Positions 42,861 through 57,100 of a stretch of DNA of 64,000 nt are shown piece by piece; positions within the stretch are counted from its first letter, which is position 1; the number at the start of each line of letters is the position of its first letter. Under the pieces are notes generated by a model, which saw only the letters and a list, made by a program, of their open reading frames with translations, was not told where the DNA came from and ran no database searches. Made by a program: the position numbers and the translations under genes. Source of the stretch: the human T2T-CHM13v2.0 reference genome, Homo sapiens. Location of the stretch: contig CP086569.2 in NCBI GenBank assembly GCA_009914755.4, positions 33,664,001 to 33,728,000 on the forward strand, in the 5' to 3' direction.

Positions 42861-45800
42861 GAGTCAAATGGAATGGTCTGGAATGGAATGAACACGAATG
42901 TAATGCAATCCAATAGAATGGAATCGAATGGCATGGAATATAAAGAAATGGAATCGAAGAGAATGGAAACAAATGGAATGGAATTGAATGGAATGGAATT
43001 GAATGGAATGGGAACGAATGGAGTGAAATTGTATGCAGTAGAAGGGAATAGAATGGAATGCAAGCGAAAGGAAAGGAATGGATTGGAATGGAATGGAATT
43101 CATTGGAATGGAAGGGAATGTAGTGTAATGGACAGGCCTGGAATAAAGTGGAATGCTACGGTCTCGAATGGAATAAAAATGTATGGAATGGAATGCAATG
43201 AAACGGAATCGAATGTCATAGAATGTAATGGAATGCAAAAAAATGGAATCCAAAATCATTGACTGGAAAGGCTGGGTGTCGAAAGGAATTGACTCCAATG
43301 GAATGGAATCGAATGGAATGGAAGTGAATAGAATCGAACTAAATCGAATGGAATGGAATTGATAGGAACGGAATGGAAAGGAATGCAATGATTTGGCATG
43401 GAATGGAATCGAATGGCATCGAATGGAATGGAATGGAATGCAATGGAATGGAATGTATTAGAATGTAATGAACTTTAATGGAATGTACTCGAATGGATTC
43501 GACTGGAATGGAATGTTCTGGAAGTGAATGGACTCCAATGGAATGGATTCAAAAGGAATGGAATCGTACGGAATGGAATCTAATGGAATGGAATTAAATG
43601 GAAATGAATCAAATTGAATAGCACGGAATTGAATTGAATGGAATGGAATGCAATGGAATCTAATGAAACGGAAAGGAAAGGAATGGAATGGAATGGAATG
43701 GGCTGGAATGGAAAGGAATCGAAACGAATGGAATGGAATCGAACTGAAGAGACTGGAATGGAATGCACTGGAATGGAAGGGAGTGTAATGGAAGGTTCTC
43801 GAAAAAAATGGAATCGAATGGAATGGAATTGAATGGAACGGAATAGAGTCGAATGGAATTGAATGGAATGGAATGGACTAGAGTGAAATGGAATCGAACC
43901 ACAAGGAATGGACAGGAATAGAATGGTCTCGAATTGAATGGAATCGTATGGAATGGCATCAAACGGAATGGAATGGACAGCCACGGAATGGAATGCACTC
44001 GAATGCAATGGAGTCGAAACTAATGGACTGGAATAGAATGGACTCGACTGGTACGGACTCCAATGGAATGGAATCGAATGGAAGGGAATCGAACGGAATG
44101 GACTCGAAGGGAAAAGACTGCAATGGAAAGGTCTCGAATGGAATGGAAATTAATGGAATGGAATGGAATCGAATGAAATGGAGTCAAAAGGAATGGAATC
44201 GAATGGCAAGAAATCGAATGTAATGGAATCGCAAGGAATTGATGTGAACGGAACGGAATGGAATGGAATCCAAAGGAATGGAATAGAATGGAATGGAATC
44301 GAATGGAAAGGACTCGAATGGAAATCACTCGAATAGAATGCAATTTAATAAAATAGGATCAAATGGAATGGAATGGAATGGAAAGGAATCGAAACGAAAG
44401 GAATGGAGACAGATGGAATGGAATGGAACAGAGAGCAATGGTATAGAATGGAATGGAATCATCTGGAATGGAATTGAATGGAATGGAATAATATGAAATG
44501 GAATGGAATGGAATGGAATGGAATGCCCTTGAATTAAATGGACTGGAATGGAATGGACTCGAACAGAGTGGAATGGAAAGTGTTGAGATAGAATGCAATG
44601 GACTCCTTTGGAATGGTGTAGTATGCAATGCAATCGACTGGCAGGGAATCAAAAGGAATGTAATGGAATGGATTGGACTGGAATGCAATGGACTCGAATA
44701 GATTGGAAACGGAATGCAAAGGAATGGAATGGAATAGTATGGAATGGAATGGAAAGGAATGGAGTGGAATAGACTAGAGTGGAATGGAATGGACTGGAAA
44801 GCAATGGACTGGAATGGAACTTTCTTGAATGGACTGGAATCAAACGGAATGGAATGCAATGCAATCAAATGGCATGGAATAAAATAGAATGAAAGAGAAT
44901 CAAATGGAATTGAATCGAATGGAATCGAATGGATTGGAAAGGAATAGAATGGAATGGAATGGAATTGACTCAAATGGAATGGACTAGAATGGAATGGATT
45001 CGAATGGAAGGCAAAGGAATGGAATCTATTGGAATGGACTGTAATGGAATGGAATGGAAGGGATTGGAATGGACTCGAATGGAATGGACTGCAATAGAAA
45101 GGATTCGAATGGAATGAAAAAGAATTGAATGGAATAGAACAGAATGGAATCAAATCGAATGAAATGGAATGGAATAGAAAGGAATGGAATGAAATGGAAT
45201 GGAAAGGATTCGAATGGAATGCAATCGAATGGAATGGAATCGAACGGAATGGAATAAAATGGAAGAAAACTGGCAAGAAATGGAATCGAAATGAATGGAG
45301 TGTTATGGAACGGACTCAAAAGGAATTGAATGTAATAGAATGGAGTGGAGTGGACTCGAATATAATGGACTGGAATGGAATGAAATCACATGGAATGGGA
45401 ACGAATGGAATGGAATGGAAAGGAATGGAATCGAATGGAAAGGAATCGAATGGAAGGGAATGAAATTGAATCAACAGGAATGGAAGGGAATAGAATAGAC
45501 GGTAATGGAATGGACTCGAATAGAATGGACACGAATGCTGAAATTGAATGGACTCGAATGGAATGGAAACGAAAGGAATGTCATCGAATGGAATTGAATC
45601 GATTGGAATGAAATCGCATAGAATGGAGTGGAATCAAATGGAATTGAATCGAAAGGAAAGGAAGCGAATGGACTGAAATGAAATGGAATGGAATTGAATG
45701 GAAAGTAATGCAATGGAATAGAATGGAACGAAATTTCACGGAATGGAATCAAACTGAATGGAATCAAATCAATGGAATCAAATCAAATGGAATGGAAAGG

Positions 45801-46429
45801 AATTGAATGGAGTAGATTGGATTGGATGGGATTGGAATGAAATGTACTGGAAAGGACTCGAATTTCATGAAACGGAATGGAATGAATTGGAACGGAATGG
45901 ACTCGAATGGAATGGAATGTCATGGAATGGCATCAAATGGAATGGCATCAAATGGAATGGAATCGAATGCAATGGAATGCTATGGAATGGAATGGAATGC
46001 ATTGGAATGGAATGTCCTCTAATGGAATGGATTCGAGTGGAATGGAATCGAATATAATGGAGTCGAATGAAATGGAATTGAAAGGAGTGGGATCGAATAC
46101 AATGGAATATACTGGAATGTAATGTAATGAACTCGAATGTAATTGACTGGAATGGAATGTACATGAATGGAATGTAATCGAATGGAAAGTAATCCAATGG
46201 AATAGAATCTAATGCAATAAAACCGACTCAGATAGAGTAGAATGTAATGGAATGGAGTGCAGTGCAATGGAATGGAATGGAATGGAATGCAATGGAATGG
46301 AATGGAATGGAATGGAATGGAATTGAATGGAATGGAATGGGATGGAATGGGATGGAATGGATAGTAATGGACTGGAGTGAAATGGACTGGAAAGGAATGG
46401 ACTCAAATTGAAAGGGCTCGAAAGGAATG
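42861..46429 (+). repeat. HOR unit 13 (3569 bp).
   Basis: Landmark at 42861 and 46430. Confidence 0.85.
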
Positions 46430-49400
46430 GAGTCAAATGGAATGGTCTGGAATGGAATGAACACGAATGTAATGCAATCCAATAGAATGGAATCGAATGG
46501 CATGGAATATAAAGAAATGGAATCGAAGAGAATGGAAACAAATGGAATGGAATTGAATGGAATGGAATTGAATGGAATGGGAACGAATGGAGTGAAATTG
46601 TATGCAGTAGAAGGGAATAGAATGGAATGCAAGCGAAAGGAAAGGAATGGATTGGAATGGAATGGAATTCATTGGAATGGAAGGGAATGTAGTGTAATGG
46701 ACAGGCCTGGAATAAAGTGGAATGCTACGGTCTCGAATGGAATAAAAATGTATGGAATGGAATGCAATGAAACGGAATCGAATGTCATAGAATGTAATGG
46801 AATGCAAAAAAATGGAATCCAAAATCATTGACTGGAAAGGCTGGGTGTCGAAAGGAATTGACTCCAATGGAATGGAATCGAATGGAATGGAAGTGAATAG
46901 AATCGAACTAAATCGAATGGAATGGAATTGATAGGAACGGAATGGAAAGGAATGCAATGATTTGGCATGGAATGGAATCGAATGGCATCGAATGGAATGG
47001 AATGGAATGCAATGGAATGGAATGTATTAGAATGTAATGAACTTTAATGGAATGTACTCGAATGGATTCGACTGGAATGGAATGTTCTGGAAGTGAATGG
47101 ACTCCAATGGAATGGATTCAAAAGGAATGGAATCGTACGGAATGGAATCTAATGGAATGGAATTAAATGGAAATGAATCAAATTGAATAGCACGGAATTG
47201 AATTGAATGGAATGGAATGCAATGGAATCTAATGAAACGGAAAGGAAAGGAATGGAATGGAATGGAATGGGCTGGAATGGAAAGGAATCGAAACGAATGG
47301 AATGGAATCGAACTGAAGAGACTGGAATGGAATGCACTGGAATGGAAGGGAGTGTAATGGAAGGTTCTCGAAAAAAATGGAATGGAATGGAATGGAATTG
47401 AATGGAACGGAATAGAGTCGAATGGAATTGAATGGAATGGAATGGACTAGAGTGAAATGGAATCGAACCACAAGGAATGGACAGGAATAGAATGGTCTCG
47501 AATTGAATGGAATCGTATGGAATGGCATCAAACGGAATGGAATGGACAGCCACGGAATGGAATGCACTCGAATGCAATGGAGTCGAAACTAATGGACTGG
47601 AATAGAATGGACTCGACTGGTACGGACTCCAATGGAATGGAATCGAATGGAAGGGAATCGAACGGAATGGACTCGAAGGGAAAAGACTGCAATGGAAAGG
47701 TCTCGAATGGAATGGAAATTAATGGAATGGAATGGAATCGAATGAAATGGAGTCAAAAGGAATGGAATCGAATGGCAAGAAATCGAATGTAATGGAATCG
47801 CAAGGAATTGATGTGAACGGAACGGAATGGAATGGAATCCAAAGGAATGGAATAGAATGGAATGGAATCGAATGGAAAGGACTCGAATGGAAATCACTCG
47901 AATAGAATGCAATTTAATAAAATAGGATCAAATGGAATGGAATGGAATGGAAAGGAATCGAAATGAAAGGAATGGAGACAGATGGAATGGAATGGAACAG
48001 AGAGCAATGGTATAGAATGGAATGGAATCATCTGGAATGGAATTGAATGGAATGGAATAATATGAAATGGAATGGAATGGAATGGAATGGAATGCCCTTG
48101 AATTAAATGGACTGGAATGGAATGGACTCGAACAGAGTGGAATGGAAAGTGTTGAGATAGAATGCAATGGACTCCTTTGGAATGGTGTAGTATGCAATGC
48201 AATCGACTGGCAGGGAATCAAAAGGAATGTAATGGAATGGATTGGACTGGAATGCAATGGACTCGAATAGATTGGAAACGGAATGCAAAGGAATGGAATG
48301 GAATAGTATGGAATGGAATGGAAAGGAATGGAGTGGAATAGACTAGAGTGGAATGGAATGGACTGGAAAGCAATGGACTGGAATGGAACTTTCTTGAATG
48401 GACTGGAATCAAACGGAATGGAATGCAATGCAATCAAATGGCATGGAATAAAATAGAATGAAAGAGAATCAAATGGAATTGAATCGAATGGAATCGAATG
48501 GATTGGAAAGGAATAGAATGGAATGGAATTGAATTGACTCAAATGGAATGGACTAGAATGGAATGGATTCGAATGGAAGGCAAAGGAATGGAATCTATTG
48601 GAATGGACTGTAATGGAATGGAATGGAAGGGATTGGAATGGACTCGAATGGAATGGACTGCAATAGAAAGGATTCGAATGGAATGAAAAAGAATTGAATG
48701 GAATAGAACAGAATGGAATCAAATCGAATGAAATGGAATGGAATAGAAAGGAATGGAATGAAATGGAATGGAAAGGATTCGAATGGAATGCAATCGAATG
48801 GAATGGAATCGAACGGAATGGAATAAAATGGAAGAAAACTGGCAAGAAATGGAATCGAAATGAATGGAGTGTTATGGAACGGACTCAAAAGGAATTGAAT
48901 GTAATAGAATGGAGTGGAGTGGACTCGAATATAATGGACTGGAATGGAATGAAATCACAAGGAATGGGAACGAATGGAATGGAATGGAAAGGAATGGAAT
49001 CGAATGGAAAGGAATCGAATGGAAGGGAATGAAATTGAATCAACAGGAATGGAAGGGAATAGAATAGACGGTAATGGAATGGACTCGAATAGAATGGACA
49101 CGAATGCTCAAATTGAATGGACTCGAATGGAATGGAAACGAAAGGAATGTCATCGAATGGAATTGAATGGATTGGAATGAAATCGCATAGAATGGAGTGG
49201 AATCAAATGGAATTGAATCGAAAGGAAAGGAAGCGAATGGACTGAAATGAAATGGAATGGAATTGAATGGAAAGTAATGCAATGGAATAGAATGGAACGA
49301 AATTTCACGGAATGGAATCAAACTGAATGGAATCAAATCAATGGAATCAAATCAATGGAATCAATTCAAATGGAATGGAAAGGAATTGAATGGAGTAGAT

Positions 49401-50012
49401 TGGATTGGATGGGATTGGAATGAAATGTACTGGAAAGGACTCGAATTTCATGAAACGGAATGGAATGAATTGGAACGGAATGGACTCGAATGGAATGGAA
49501 TGTCATGGAATGGCATCAAATGGAATGGCATCAAATGGAATGGAATCGAATGCAATGGAATGCTATGGAATGGAATGGAATGCATTGGAATGGAATGTCC
49601 TGTAATGGAATGGATTCGAGTGGAATGGAATCGAATATAATGGAGTCGAATGAAATGGAATTGAAAGGAATGGGATCGAATACAATGGAATATACTGGAA
49701 TGTAATGTAATGAACTCGAATGTAATTGACTGGAATGGAATGTACATGAATGGAATGTAATCGAATGGAAAGTAATCCAATGGAATAGAATCTAATGCAA
49801 TAAAATCGACTCAGATAGAGTAGAATGTAATGGAATGGAGTGCAGTGCAATGGAATGGAATGGAATGGAATGCAATGGAATGGAATGGAATGGAATGGAA
49901 TGGAATGGAATGGGATGGATTGGGATGGAATGGGATGGAATGGATAGTAATGGACTGGAGTGAAATGGACTGGAAAGGAATGGACTCAAATTGATAGGGC
50001 TCGAAAGGAATG
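46430..50012 (+). repeat. HOR unit 14 (3583 bp; carries a 14-bp module duplication).
   Basis: Landmark at 46430 and 50013. Confidence 0.85.
49331..49373 (+). repeat. Extra copy of the 14-nt module 'aatcaaatcaatgg', giving three modules instead of two (unit 14).
   Basis: Unit 14: 'aatcaaatcaatgg aatcaaatcaatgg aatcaattcaaatgg'. Other units: 'aatcaaatcaatgg aatcaaatcaaatgg'. This accounts for the +14 bp (3583-bp unit). Confidence 0.8.
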
Positions 50013-53000
50013 GAGTCAAATGGAATGGTCTGGAATGGAATGAACACGAATGTAATGCAATCCAATAGAATGGAATCGAATGGCATGGAATATAAAGAAA
50101 TGGAATCGAAGAGAATGGAAACAAATGGAATGGAATTGAATGGAATGGAATTGAATGGAATGGGAACGAATGGAGTGAAATTGTATGCAGTAGAAGGGAA
50201 TAGAATGGAATGCAAGCGAAAGGAAAGGAATGGATTGGAATGGAATGGAATTCATTGGAATGGAAGGGAATGTAGTGTAATGGACAGGCCTGGAATAAAG
50301 TGGAATGCTACGGTCTCGAATGGAATAAAAATGTATGGAATGGAATGCAATGAAACGGAATCGAATGTCATAGAATGTAATGGAATGCAAAAAAATGGAA
50401 TCCAAAATCATTGACTGGAAAGGCTGGGTGTCGAAAGGAATTGACTCCAATGGAATGGAATCGAATGGAATGGAAGTGAATAGAATCGAACTAAATCGAA
50501 TGGAATGGAATTGATAGGAACGGAATGGAAAGGAATGCAATGATTTGGCATGGAATGGAATCGAATGGCATCGAATGGAATGGAATGGAATGCAATGGAA
50601 TGGAATGTATTAGAATGTAATGAACTTTAATGGAATGTACTCGAATGGATTCGACTGGAATGGAATCGTACGGAATGGAATCTAATGGAATGGAATTAAA
50701 TGGAAATGAATCAAATTGAATAGCACGGAATTGAATTGAATGGAATGGAATGCAATGGAATCTAATGAAACGGAAAGGAAAGGAATGGAATGGAATGGAA
50801 TGGGCTGGAATGGAAAGGAATCGAAACGAATGGAATGGAATCGAACTGAAGAGACTGGAATGGAATGCACTGGAATGGAAGGGAGTGTAATGGAAGGTTC
50901 TCGAAAAAAATGGAATGGAATGGAATGGAATTGAATGGAACGGAATAGAGTCGAATGGAATTGAATGGAATGGAATGGACTAGAGTGAAATGGAATCGAA
51001 CCACAAGGAATGGACAGGAATAGAATGGTCTCGAATTGAATGGAATCGTATGGAATGGCATCAAACGGAATGGAATGGACAGCCACGGAATGGAATGCAC
51101 TCGAATGCAATGGAGTCGAAACTAATGGACTGGAATAGAATGGACTCGACTGGTACGGACTCCAATGGAATGGAATCGAATGGAAGGGAATCGAACGGAA
51201 TGGACTCGAAGGGAAAAGACTGCAATGGAAAGGTCTCGAATGGAATGGAAATTAATGGAATGGAATGGAATCGAATGAAATGGAGTCAAAAGGAATGGAA
51301 TCGAATGGCAAGAAATCGAATGTAATGGAATCGCAAGGAATTGATGTGAACGGAACGGAATGGAATGGAATCCAAAGGAATGGAATAGAATGGAATGGAA
51401 TCGAATGGAAAGGACTCGAATGGAAATCACTCGAATAGAATGCAATTTAATAAAATAGGATCAAATGTAATGGAATGGAATGGAAAGGAATCGAAACGAA
51501 AGGAATGGAGACAGATGGAATGGAATGGAACAGAGTGCAATGGTATAGAATGGAATGGAATCATCTGGAATGGAATTGAATGGAATGGAATAATATGAAA
51601 TGGAATGGAATGGAATGGAATGGAATGCCCTTGAATTAAATGGACTGGAATGGAATGGACTCGAACAGAGTGGAATGGAAAGTGTTGAGATAGAATGGAA
51701 TGGACTCCTTTGGAATGGTGTAGTATGCAATGCAATCGACTGGCAGGGAATCAAAAGGAATGTAATGGAATGGATTGGACTGGAATGCAATGGACTCGAA
51801 TAGATTGGAAACGGAATGCAAAGGAATGGAATGGAATAGTATGGAATGGAATGGAAAGGAATGGAGTGGAATAGACTAGAGTGGAATGCAATGGACTGGA
51901 AAGCAATGGACTGGAATGGAACTTTCTTGAATGGACTGGAATCAAACGGAATGGAATGCAATGCAATCAAATGGCATGGAATAAAATAGAATGAAAGAGA
52001 ATCAAATGGAATTGAATCGAATGGAATCGAATGGATTGGAAAGGAATAGAATGGAATGGAATGGAATTGACTCAAATGGAATGGACTAGAATGGAATGGA
52101 TTCGAATGGAAGGCAAAGGAATGGAATCTATTGGAATGGACTGTAATGGAATGGAATGGAAGGGATTGGAATGGACTCGAATGGAATGGACTGCAATAGA
52201 AAGGATTCGAATGGAATGAAAAAGAATTGAATGGAATAGAACAGAATGGAATCAAATCGAATGAAATGGAATGGAATAGAAAGGAATGGAATGAAATGGA
52301 ATGGAAAGGATTCGAATGGAATGCAATCGAATGGAATGGAATCGAACGGAATGGAATAAAATGGAAGAAAACTGGCAAGAAATGGAATCGAAATGAATGG
52401 AGTGTTATGGAACGGACTCAAAAGGAATTGAATGTAATAGAATGGAGTGGAGTGGACTCGAATATAATGGACTGGAATGGAATGAAATCACATGGAATGG
52501 GAACGAATGGAATGGAATGGAAAGGAATGGAATCGAATGGAAAGGAATCGAATGGAAGGGAATGAAATTGAATCAACAGGAATGGAAGGGAATAGAATAG
52601 ACGGTAATGGAATGGACTCGAATAGAATGGACACGAATGCTGAAATGGAATGGACTCGAATGGAATGGAAACGAAAGGAATGTCATCGAATGGAATTGAA
52701 TCGATTGGAATGAAATCGCATAGAATGGAGTGGAATCAAATGGAATTGAATCGAAAGGAAAGGAAGCGAATGGACTGAAATGAAATGGAATGGAATTGAA
52801 TGGAAAGTAATGCAATGGAATAGAATGGAACGAAATTTCACGGAATGGAATCAAACTGAATGGAATCAAATCAATGGAATCAAATCAAATGGAATGGAAA
52901 GGAATTGAATGGAGTAGATTGGATTGGATGGGATTGGAATGAAATGTACTGGAAAGGACTCGAATTTCATGAAACGGAATGGAATGAATTGGAACGGAAT

Positions 53001-53531
53001 GGACTCGAATGGAATGGAATGTCATGGAATGGCATCAAATGGAATGGCATCAAATGGAATGGAATCGAATGCAATGGAATGCTATGGAATGGAATGGAAT
53101 GCATTGGAATGGAATGTCCTCTAATGGAATGGATTCGAGTGGAATGGAATCGAATATAATGGAGTCGAATGAAATGGAATTGAAAGGAGTGGGATCGAAT
53201 ACAATGGAATATACTGGAATGTAATGTAATGAACTCGAATGTAATTGACTGGAATGGAATGTACATGAATGGAATGTAATCGAATGGAAAGTAATCCAAT
53301 GGAATAGAATCTAATGCAATAAAACCGACTCAGATAGAGTAGAATGTAATGGAATGGAGTGCAGTGCAATGGAATGGAATGGAATGGAATGCAATGGAAT
53401 GGAATGGAATGGAATGCAATGGAATTGAATGGAATGGAATGGGATGGAATGGGATGGAATGGATAGTAATGGACTGGAGTGAAATGGACTGGAAAGGAAT
53501 GGACTCAAATTGAAAGGGCTCGAAAGGAATG
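50013..53531 (+). repeat. HOR unit 15 (3519 bp; carries a 50-bp internal deletion).
   Basis: Landmark at 50013 and 53532. Confidence 0.85.
50657..50666 (+). other. Junction of a 50-bp deletion in unit 15, flanked by the direct repeat 'ggaatggaat'.
   Basis: Unit 15 reads 'gattcgactggaatggaatcgtacgg'. Other units have 50 extra bases, 'gttctggaagtgaatggactccaatggaatggattcaaaaggaatggaat', between 'ggaat' and 'cgtacgg'. Unit length 3519 = 3569 - 50. Confidence 0.85.
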
Positions 53532-56500
53532 GAGTCAAATGGAATGGTCTGGAATGGAATGAACACGAATGTAATGCAATCCAATAGAATGGAATCGAAT
53601 GGCATGGAATATAAAGAAATGGAATCGAAGAGAATGGAAACAAATGGAATGGAATTGAATGGAATGGAATTGAATGGAATGGGAACGAATGGAGTGAAAT
53701 TGTATGCAGTAGAAGGGAATAGAATGGAATGCAAGCGAAAGGAAAGGAATGGATTGGAATGGAATGGAATTCATTGGAATGGAAGGGAATGTAGTGTAAT
53801 GGACAGGCCTGGAATAAAGTGGAATGCTACGGTCTCGAATGGAATAAAAATGTATGGAATGGAATGCAATGAAACGGAATCGAATGTCATAGAATGTAAT
53901 GGAATGCAAAAAAATGGAATCCAAAATCATTGACTGGAAAGGCTGGGTGTCGAAAGGAATTGACTCCAATGGAATGGAATCGAATGGAATGGAAGTGAAT
54001 AGAATCGAACTAAATCGAATGGAATGGAATTGATAGGAACGGAATGGAAAGGAATGCAATGATTTGGCATGGAATGGAATCGAATGGCATCGAATGGAAT
54101 GGAATGGAATGCAATGGAATGGAATGTATTAGAATGTAATGAACTTTAATGGAATGTACTCGAATGGATTCGACTGGAATGGAATGTTCTGGAAGTGAAT
54201 GGACTCCAATGGAATGGATTCAAAAGGAATGGAATCGTACGGAATGGAATCTAATGGAATGGAATTAAATGGAAATGAATCAAATTGAATAGCACGGAAT
54301 TGAATTGAATGGAATGGAATGCAATGGAATCTAATGAAACGGAAAGGAAAGGAATGGAATGGAATGGAATGGGCTGGAATGGAAAGGAATCGAAACGAAT
54401 GGAATGGAATCGAACTGAAGAGACTGGAATGGAATGCACTGGAATGGAAGGGAGTGTAATGGAAGGTTCTCGAAAAAAATGGAATCGAATGGAATGGAAT
54501 TGAATGGAACGGAATAGAGTCGAATGGAATTGAATGGAATGGAATGGACTAGAGTGAAATGGAATCGAACCACAAGGAATGGACAGGAATAGAATGGTCT
54601 CGAATTGAATGGAATCGTATGGAATGGCATCAAACGGAATGGAATGGACAGCCACGGAATGGAATGCACTCGAATGCAATGGAGTCGAAACTAATGGACT
54701 GGAATAGAATGGACTCGACTGGTACGGACTCCAATGGAATGGAATCGAATGGAAGGGAATCGAACGGAATGGACTCGAAGGGAAAAGACTGCAATGGAAA
54801 GGTCTCGAATGGAATGGAAATTAATGGAATGGAATGGAATCGAATGAAATGGAGTCAAAAGGAATGGAATCGAATGGCAAGAAATCGAATGTAATGGAAT
54901 CGCAAGGAATTGATGTGAACGGAACGGAATGGAATGGAATCCAAAGGAATGGAATAGAATGGAATGGAATCGAATGGAAAGGACTCGAATGGAAATCACT
55001 CGAATAGAATGCAATTTAATAAAATAGGATCAAATGGAATGGAATGGAATGGAAAGGAATCGAAACGAAAGGAATGGAGACAGATGGAATGGAATGGAAC
55101 AGAGAGCAATGGTATAGAATGGAATGGAATCATCTGGAATGGAATTGAATGGAATGGAATAATATGAAATGGAATGGAATGGAATGGAATGGAATGTCCT
55201 TGAATTAAATGGACTGGAATGGAATGGACTCGAACAGAGTGGAATGGAAAGTGTTGAGATAGAATGCAATGGACTCCTTTGGAATGGTGTAGTATGCAAT
55301 GCAATCGACTGGCAGGGAATCAAAAGGAATGTAATGGAATGGATTGGACTGGAATGCAATGGACTCGAATAGATTGGAAACGGAATGCAAAGGAATGGAA
55401 TGGAATAGTATGGAATGGAATGGAAAGGAATGGAGTGGAATAGACTAGAGTGGAATGGAATGGACTGGAAAGCAATGGACTGGAATGGAACTTTCTTGAA
55501 TGGACTGGAATCAAACGGAATGGAATGCAATGCAATCAAATGGCATGGAATAAAATAGAATGAAAGAGAATCAAATGGAATTGAATCGAATGGAATCGAA
55601 TGGATTGGAAAGGAATAGAATGGAATGGAATGGAATTGACTCAAATGGAATGGACTAGAATGGAATGGATTCGAATGGAAGGCAAAGGAATGGAATCTAT
55701 TGGAATGGACTGTAATGGAATGGAATGGAAGGGATTGGAATGGACTCGAATGGAATGGACTGCAATAGAAAGGATTCGAATGGAATGAAAAAGAATTGAA
55801 TGGAATAGAACAGAATGGAATCAAATCGAATGAAATGGAATGGAATAGAAAGGAATGGAATGAAATGGAATGGAAAGGATTCGAATGGAATGCAATCGAA
55901 TGGAATGGAATCGAACGGAATGGAATAAAATGGAAGAAAACTGGCAAGAAATGGAATCGAAATGAATGGAGTGTTATGGAACGGACTCAAAAGGAATTGA
56001 ATGTAATAGAATGGAGTGGAGTGGACTCGAATATAATGGACTGGAATGGAATGAAATCACAAGGAATGGGAACGAATGGAATGGAATGGAAAGGAATGGA
56101 ATCGAATGGAAAGGAATCGAATGGAAGGGAATGAAATTGAATCAACAGGAATGGAAGGGAATAGAATAGACGGTAATGGAATGGACTCGAATAGAATGGA
56201 CACGAATGCTCAAATTGAATGGACTCGAATGGAATGGAAACGAAAGGAATGTCATCGAATGGAATTGAATGGATTGGAATGAAATCGCATAGAATGGAGT
56301 GGAATCAAATGGAATTGAATCGAAAGGAAAGGAAGCGAATGGACTGAAATGAAATGGAATGGAATTGAATGGAAAGTAATGCAATGGAATAGAATGGAAC
56401 GAAATTTCACGGAATGGAATCAAACTGAATGGAATCAAATCAATGGAATCAAATCAAATGGAATGGAAAGGAATTGAATGGAGTAGATTGGATTGGATGG

Positions 56501-57100
56501 GATTGGAATGAAATGTACTGGAAAGGACTCGAATTTCATGAAACGGTATGGAATGAATTGGAACGGAATGGACTCGAATGGAATGGAATGTCATGGAATG
56601 GCATCAAATGGAATGGCATCAAATGGAATGGAATCGAATGCAATGGAATGCTATGGAATGGAATGGAATGCATTGGAATGGAATGTCCTGTAATGGAATG
56701 GATTCGAGTGGAATGGAATCGAATATAATGGAGTCGAATGAAATGGAATTGAAAGGAATGGGATCGAATACAATGGAATATACTGGAATGTAATGTAATG
56801 AACTCGAATGTAATTGACTGGAATGGAATGTACATGAATGGAATGTAATCGAATGGAAAGTAATCCAATGGAATAGAATCTAATGCAATAAAACCGACTC
56901 AGATAGAGTAGAATGTAATGGAATGGAGTGCAGTGCAATGGAATGGAATGGAATGGAATGCAATGGAATGGAATGGAATGGAATGGAATGGAATGGAATG
57001 GGATGGAATGGGATGGAATGGTATGGAATGGATAGTAATGGACTGGAGTGAAATGGACTGGAAAGGAATGGTCTCAAATTGAAAGGGCTCGAAAGGAATG
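53532..57100 (+). repeat. HOR unit 16 (3569 bp).
   Basis: Landmark at 53532 and 57101. Confidence 0.85.
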
